Shown here: positions 58,381 through 64,000 of the stretch, piece by piece
Layout of the letters: the number at the start of each line of letters is the position of its first letter
Numbering within the stretch: position 1 is the stretch's first letter
Origin: an uncultured Holophagae bacterium
Lineage (GTDB): Bacteria; Acidobacteriota; Thermoanaerobaculia; Thermoanaerobaculales; Sulfomarinibacteraceae
NCBI GenBank assembly: GCA_963801995.1
Contig: CAWDGW010000017.1
Span: forward strand, 669,544 to 733,543
Length of the DNA: 64,000 nt
Reading direction: 5' to 3'
Notes under the pieces: generated by a model
Seen by the model: only the letters and a program-made list of their open reading frames with translations
Database searches by the model: none
Told to the model about the DNA's origin: nothing
Translations under genes and position numbers: made by a program

Positions 58381-58479
58381 CGTTTTCCAAGAAACAACAA
58401 GCCAAGAGAGACTGGCGCTGCAGATGTTGTTTTCATGGTGCGATAGTGGCTCAGGTATGCAACCGAAAGGACTCGTGCA

Positions 58480-61400
58480 ATGGCCCATTGCGTCCCGACT
58501 CGTGTCGCCCTCACGGCCCTGATCCTGATCAGTTCGACCGTCAGCTCCAGTCAAGAGCCCGGCACCGTGAAATGGGTTTTCAGCCCACCCAATACCTTTG
58601 AGCTCGATACGTCGCCGGTCATCGGCCGTGACGGCACAGTTTACGTAGCCGATCGCTACCTATACCTGTGGGCGCTCAACCCGGACGGGAGTCTCAAATG
58701 GCAGTTCAGCGCCGATGACGGCTTCGAAGCCACTTCACCGGCCGTCGCACCGGATGGAACCATCTACATCGTCGACGACTCACAGAATTTCTATGCCATC
58801 AATCCGGACGGTTCCCTCCGCTGGATGTGGGAAGACCCGGACAACCAACGTTTTGAATCGACCCCGGCCATTGGTCCGGACGGGACCATTTACATCACGG
58901 CCAACGACGACGGAGCCGACAATCTTTTTGCCTTCAATCCCGACGGGACCATCAAGTGGTCGACACAAGCATCGACGTTCATAACCTCATCTCCGGCCAT
59001 CGGCAGAGATGGTGCCATCTATGTCGTCGTGGATGCGAGAATCCTCGAGGTCTTCAACCCGGACGGCACTCTTGCCTGGAGTTATGAGATGGACTCCGAG
59101 GGACACAATTTTTACATAAACTCGTCGCCAGCCATCGGGCCTGACGGTGCGATCTATGTAGGCGGAGGACCATGGACCGATCCGGGGCTCTTCGCCATCA
59201 ATCCCAACGCCACGCTTCGATGGAGGTTCGATTCCCCGTCCGCAATCTACTCATCACCGGCCATTGGGCCCGATGGGACCATTTATGCCGGAACCTACGG
59301 CAACAAGCTGATGGCCGTCCACCCCAACGGAACGCTCCTTTGGGAGCATGGGCTCGGTGGCTCTGTCTACTCTTCCCCGGCGGTCGGATCGGATGGCACG
59401 ATCTATGTTGGTTCGTCGAATGGCTTCATAACAGCGGTCAACCCGGACGGAACCCGACAGTGGCGGCATGAGGGATCCTGCTGGGAGCTCGCAAGCCCTG
59501 CAATCGGCCCGGATGGGACGGTTTACGGGGGTGGACAGCCCTCGTTCTATGCGTTGTACTCAAGCAGCGACGGCCTTGCCAACACATCATGGCCCATGTT
59601 TCAGCAGAACGTCCGCCACACCGGGAAGTGGGAGAACGTGGTCACGCCGCTCGCTGTTGGCGACACCGCCGAAAGCACTGTCCCACCAGGAGGCAATCAC
59701 TATTACTCGGTGGAGCCCGACGCCGATCAAGCCCTGTTGATCGAACTCATGCCCGGGGTGGGCGCCGACGATCTCTTGCTCACCGGGCAGCTCGGCGCCA
59801 CAGTTTTTTCCACCGCGACGCTGACACCGAACGGGACCTACGAACTTCTGATCTCCCCCACGGCCGCGACGCCCTACACGCTGACCATCTACGGTGCCGA
59901 CGTAGGACCAAACGGAGGCGCCTATTCGCTGACGGCTCGGTACGTCGACCACCACCTCAGCGATCTGTCACCTCGGGTAGCAGGCAACGCCGGTGAAACG
60001 CGACTGGGAATCACCGGATTGAGATTCTCCGACCCCATGCAGGTCTCCCTGTCCGGACCCGGCGCAATCGGCGCCACCGAAGTCACGGTGGGATTGGACT
60101 CGGACGTCCTGGCACGTTTCGACCTCACCGGAGCCCCCACCGGCACCTACGATGTCACCGTCACCTGGCCCGACATGACTGAGCGAACCCTCTCAGGGAT
60201 ATTTGAGATCGTGGCCGGCACGGGGCCTCAGCTCGAGGCACAGCTTGTGGCACCCGAAGCACTCAGGGCCTTGCGTCGCTACGTTGTGTGGCTCGAGTAC
60301 GCCAACACCGGCGATGCCGACATGCCGGCTCCCCTTTTCACCGTACGAGCCAACGTGGACGTGTCCCTGGATCACGATGACATCGCGGGGCACAGCGTCG
60401 AGGTCCTGGGCATCGGCGGTTCGGCAAACCCGGATGTGCTGCGGGTCGGCGAGTCCATGCGAGTTCCCATCTACTTCATCGCACCGAATCTGGGAAGCGA
60501 CGCCGAGTTCGAGCTTCTGGAAACTCCGGACACCGGTGAGCCCATCGACTGGCCCAGCCTCAAGGAAGGTATGCGCCCGCCCGACATGGACCCGGGCGTG
60601 TGGGATGCTCTGTGGCCCGATCTGATCGCCCGCCTTGGCGTCACCTGGGCCGACTATCTCCAGGTGCTCAGGGACAATGCGGCGAGGGCCGCATCCTGGG
60701 GCTTTCCCACCCACGATCCATCCGGTCTGATCGATCTCGAGGTGTTGCAGGCGGCCGGTGAACCGCACGCGGCCATCGCCGGCTCGCTTCGCCTCGCGAC
60801 GACCAACGAGCTCCTTCCAGGTGTAACGCTCCGCCTGCGCAGCCTCGACGGCGCTGTGGTCAAGGAAACAGACACCACCTACACCCCTCCGGGCCGGTTC
60901 GTGTTCAACGAAGTGCCGGACGGCAGCTACGAGATCTGGATCGAGGGCTATTACGTGGATCCGGTGATGCAGGTGGAGGTGGTGGGCGCCGACGTGACCG
61001 CGGTGCAACTGATTGGGTACCCGTACGAGCCGGTGGAGCTCTCCGAATTCGCTCTGCCCCAACACACTCCGGCCGTGACAGCGGACGCCGCCGGCACCCA
61101 GTACCTCCTCTGGAAAGAAGGAAACGAGATCTGGTGGGCCATCAATCCGGCGGTGTGTGGACCCACTCAGGCCCGATCCCCGACGCCGACGGTTCGAATC
61201 CCAAGGTCGTGTATGACGATGCTCTGCTGGATGGCGGAATGACCCCCGGGCTGTTTGCCGCCTGGGAGACCAGTGGGATGGAGAGCACCATCGAGTGGTC
61301 GGTGGGTCGATTCGTCTCGGAGGGCATCGAATGGAGCGAGCCCGAAGCGCTGACCTCCGACCTGGCCGACGATTTTTCTATCGACCTGTTCACCGATGCG

Positions 61401-63863
61401 GCATCGGTGCCCGTGGTGCTCTGGCTGCAGCGGGACTACGCGATCAACGACGACACGGACCTCTACTACCAACCCGTCGGTCTCTCCGGAATCGCCGTCG
61501 ATGATCCGTTCTTTGACCTCGACTCGATGGCGCGGGATCCTGGCGACTGGCCATTCTGCTCGAACCCCGGCCTCAAAGCGCTGTCCGAGCTTCCGCCCGG
61601 AATTCCGATCATCGGAGGTCACTGGGGCTGGAAGGTCATCGGCAGCGGCTGTGCACCCCTGACCACCTGTAATCCGGTTCTCACGCCCAATTGGGAGATC
61701 GAGATCCCCCTGGGGCAGCTCGCCAAGTTCGTCGGCAACGCCGGCTTCACCTTCAAGTTCCAACTGGAACAATGCCCGTGCTCCTACATGCTCCACGAAT
61801 CCGCCATCAACGCCGGCATCGGGATCAACATCGACGTGCCCGTGGCCGAGGTTCCCCTGATTCTCGGCAAGATTCCGGTGGGGTACGCCATAGCTACTCT
61901 CGGTGTGAGCCGGCAACCTCGGAGGTGGTCTCATCTGGCACTCGAACTTCCCAATCCTGGGCTCCAGCGACGGCGTCCTCAACCTCGATGTCGGCTACGT
62001 TGTGACCGGGAAATTGACCTTCTTCTTCGGTGGTCTGGAGGGCAAGGTCACCGGAGACGCAACGGTCTATTGGACCCAGCAGCAGCCCGACTACGGCATC
62101 GCTTCCTTGGGGAGTGCGTTCGACTTGATCGGGACCGCGTCAATCGGGATTCGGCGTTCTCGAGGAAACTACCTGATCCAATGGGGATCCAATTGCCCAC
62201 CGCTGCCCAGCATGGGAATTTGAGGGAATGTATATTCCCGTTCGGGAATCCGGTACATCGCGAGACGTCCAAATCGAGTGGCAGATCGAGTACGTCAAGG
62301 CTCAGTTGATGGGACCGGCACGACCTACGAAGGCAACCCCGTGCTCGGCGACATCTCGGCAGACGTCTATATCGATGGACCGCCCTCTGTTGCCGCCAGC
62401 GCCTCAGGAGATGCTCTCCTCGTCTGGGCCAAGGCCGAGCCACACCAGAACCTCGGCGCCAAGGTCTGGGCGTCCACCTACACCGGTACTGGCTGGTCTG
62501 CACCGGAAGCCGTCACTCCGGTAACCGATTTCATCAAGGACCCATTCGTCGCCTATCGACTCAAACGGCAACGCCATGGCCGTGTGGTCCGAAGCCTCCA
62601 ATGCAGGCCTCGATTTCAATACCAGCCCGGTGGAAGACATCGTCGCGGCGACCGAGCTCGCCGACATCTGGTACGCACGGAACACGGGGGCGCGTGGTCC
62701 TCACCGGTCCGGCTGGCTGATCCTCCCCGGCCGAGACGAGCAGCCATCCCTCGCCCGCGGACCCTCTGCACAGATCGCCGCCGCCTGGCTCAACCAGGAC
62801 GACCTCGGCGACTGGGCGCTCTACGCCGCGATCTGGTACGGATCCTCATGGTCCACGCCCGCCATCATCGCGACGCCACCCATCGCCTATCGCCCGCTGG
62901 TGTACTACCAGGGCGGATTTCCTACGGTTCTCTGGAGCCAGGCCGATCCCGACGTCCCCGAATCGTTCAACGACTGGAGGCTCTACTGGTCGACGTGGAA
63001 CGGTGTGTCCTGGTCGACTCCCGAGCCGGTGGGGCCTGGCCGCGCCTTCGGAGGGCACCACGAGACCCGACAGAAGTCGTGTCTCGATGCTGGACCTGCA
63101 ATTCCCGGATCCTCCGTCCTACTGTTGTCTGGACAGCTGCGACGATCCTCTGCCCCCGGATCCTGCCTCCGGCGGCGCCACCCAGATTCCTCAGGGCAAC
63201 GCATTCTCGCCGGTTGTGGCCTCTGTCGATCCCAATGAAAAGACCGGACCTGCCGGCTCAGGCGACGAACACTTCATCGATGCCGGTGACCGGCTGGATT
63301 ACGTGGTCTATTTCGAAAATCTGCCGGCCGCCGCCGCCCCGGCCCAGGAGGTCTTCGTCACCGACTGTCTTGACCACGATCTCGACTGGACCTCGGTCAC
63401 TCTGGACGAGGTGGCGTTCGGTGATTTCATCGTCGGCAATCCTGGTGCGGAGCCGCTCTTCGACACCCGCATCACCATTCCGGACCACCGGCCTGGCGAA
63501 ACCAAGGAATGGTGGGTGGATGTCATCACCGAATTCGACCTCGGCACCGGATGTCTGGACGTCACATTCCGCACCCTCGATCCCGTAACCGGCGAGCTGC
63601 CGGAGGATGCCTTTGCAGGCTTCCTGCCGCCTGAAGACGGCACCGGTCGTGGACAGGGTCACATCAGCCTGTCCGTGGACTCAAAGACCGACCTGGTGGA
63701 CGGCACCGTCATCACCAACTTCGGCACCATCGTCTTCGACATCAACCAGTCCATCATGACCAACGAGGTCTTCAACACCATCGGCAGCCCGGGACCGTCG
63801 CTGCCCTTCTCGGACGGATTCGAGTCCGGCGACACCTCGGCGTGGTCGCGCACCGTGCCGTAG
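58480..63863 (+). pseudogene. giant secreted multidomain protein 3 (~1794 aa if repaired), tagged; N-terminal 2.66 kb intact, then about 12 single-nt indels between 61147 and 63080
   Basis: Starts MAHCVPTRVALTALILISSTVSSSQEPGTVKWVF. It is colinear with giant 2 (offset about 5958 nt) with stretches of 100% nucleotide identity. The conserved protein sequence hops among ORFs 58480.., 61134.., 62002.., 62228.., 62278.., 62576.. and 63003... Ends ..FSDGFESGDTSAWSRTVP*. It may be a real pseudogene or an assembly artefact. Confidence 0.7.
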
Positions 63864-63890
63864 GGGTTCGGGAATCGGGGTTCGGGGGGA
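63863..63890. repeat. 7-bp array GGGGTTC GGGAATC GGGGTTC GGGGGGA (G-quadruplex-capable)
   Basis: Begins at the last base of the giant-3 stop codon. Confidence 0.9.
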
Positions 63891-64000
63891 TCAGCCGACA
63901 ACCGGCGTTTCAGGTTCGCGTGATAACCTGGAGGAACGAAACAAGCCAGGAATCTGGAGGTCGTTGTGGCAGCAAGATTCTGCGTGGCTTTCATCTCGCC

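Noticed and set aside
63659-63994. 111-aa minus-strand ORF at the right edge
   Set aside because: It reads antisense through the giant-3 tag and the GGGGTTC array, has no RBS or motif, and is probably spurious. The window ends before it can be judged further.

Overview
High-GC (roughly 65%, estimated by eye) bacterial chromosomal window, probably from a metagenome-derived assembly. All calls come from reading the sequence and translations; no searches were run.

**Core content**
- 1-15.5 kb is a hydrogenase locus. It holds the 3' end of one [NiFe]-hydrogenase large subunit with its maturation protease. It also holds a complete membrane-bound uptake-type [NiFe] hydrogenase in the E. coli hybOABCD order (Tat small subunit, Tat 4Fe-4S protein, NrfD-like membrane subunit, large subunit, protease) and hypA-B-F-C-D-E.
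- 15.5-22.7 kb carries housekeeping and envelope genes: bcp, a cyclophilin, a TPR Ser/Thr kinase, a Cys-rich repeat protein, an M28 peptidase, an RHH protein and tRNA-Arg(CCU).
- 32.8-46.3 kb carries a surE-pcm-dedA-acyP operon, iorAB with an ADP-forming acyl-CoA synthetase, yjbQ, and an RND efflux pair.

**Most unusual content**
1. At least eight secreted proteins at 23-32.5 kb and 46.6-63.9 kb share one extreme-terminal 18-residue motif, F-x-D-G-F-E-S/T-G-D-x3-W-S-x2-V-P-COOH. They are two proteases, beta-propeller proteins and three tandem proteins of about 1800 aa. The motif matches no sorting signal I know. It also occurs once at a mature N-terminus and once as an out-of-frame remnant.
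2. The three giant paralogs each have a conserved TTGNCN-N17-TA(T/G)ATT promoter and a purine-rich leader.
3. About 19 intergenic tandem arrays have a 7-bp period (GAATTCG, AATTGCG, AATTTTC, GATTTTC, GGAATTT, TTCTTAG, GGGGTTC families), mostly just after stop codons. Some are dispersed copies sharing flanks, and some could form G-quadruplexes.

**Caveat**
Many single-nucleotide frameshifts interrupt otherwise conserved genes: hypF x2, cyclophilin, iorA, the C1 peptidase, a repeat protein, giant 2 x2 and giant 3 about x12. This points to indel errors in the assembly at least as much as to true pseudogenes.
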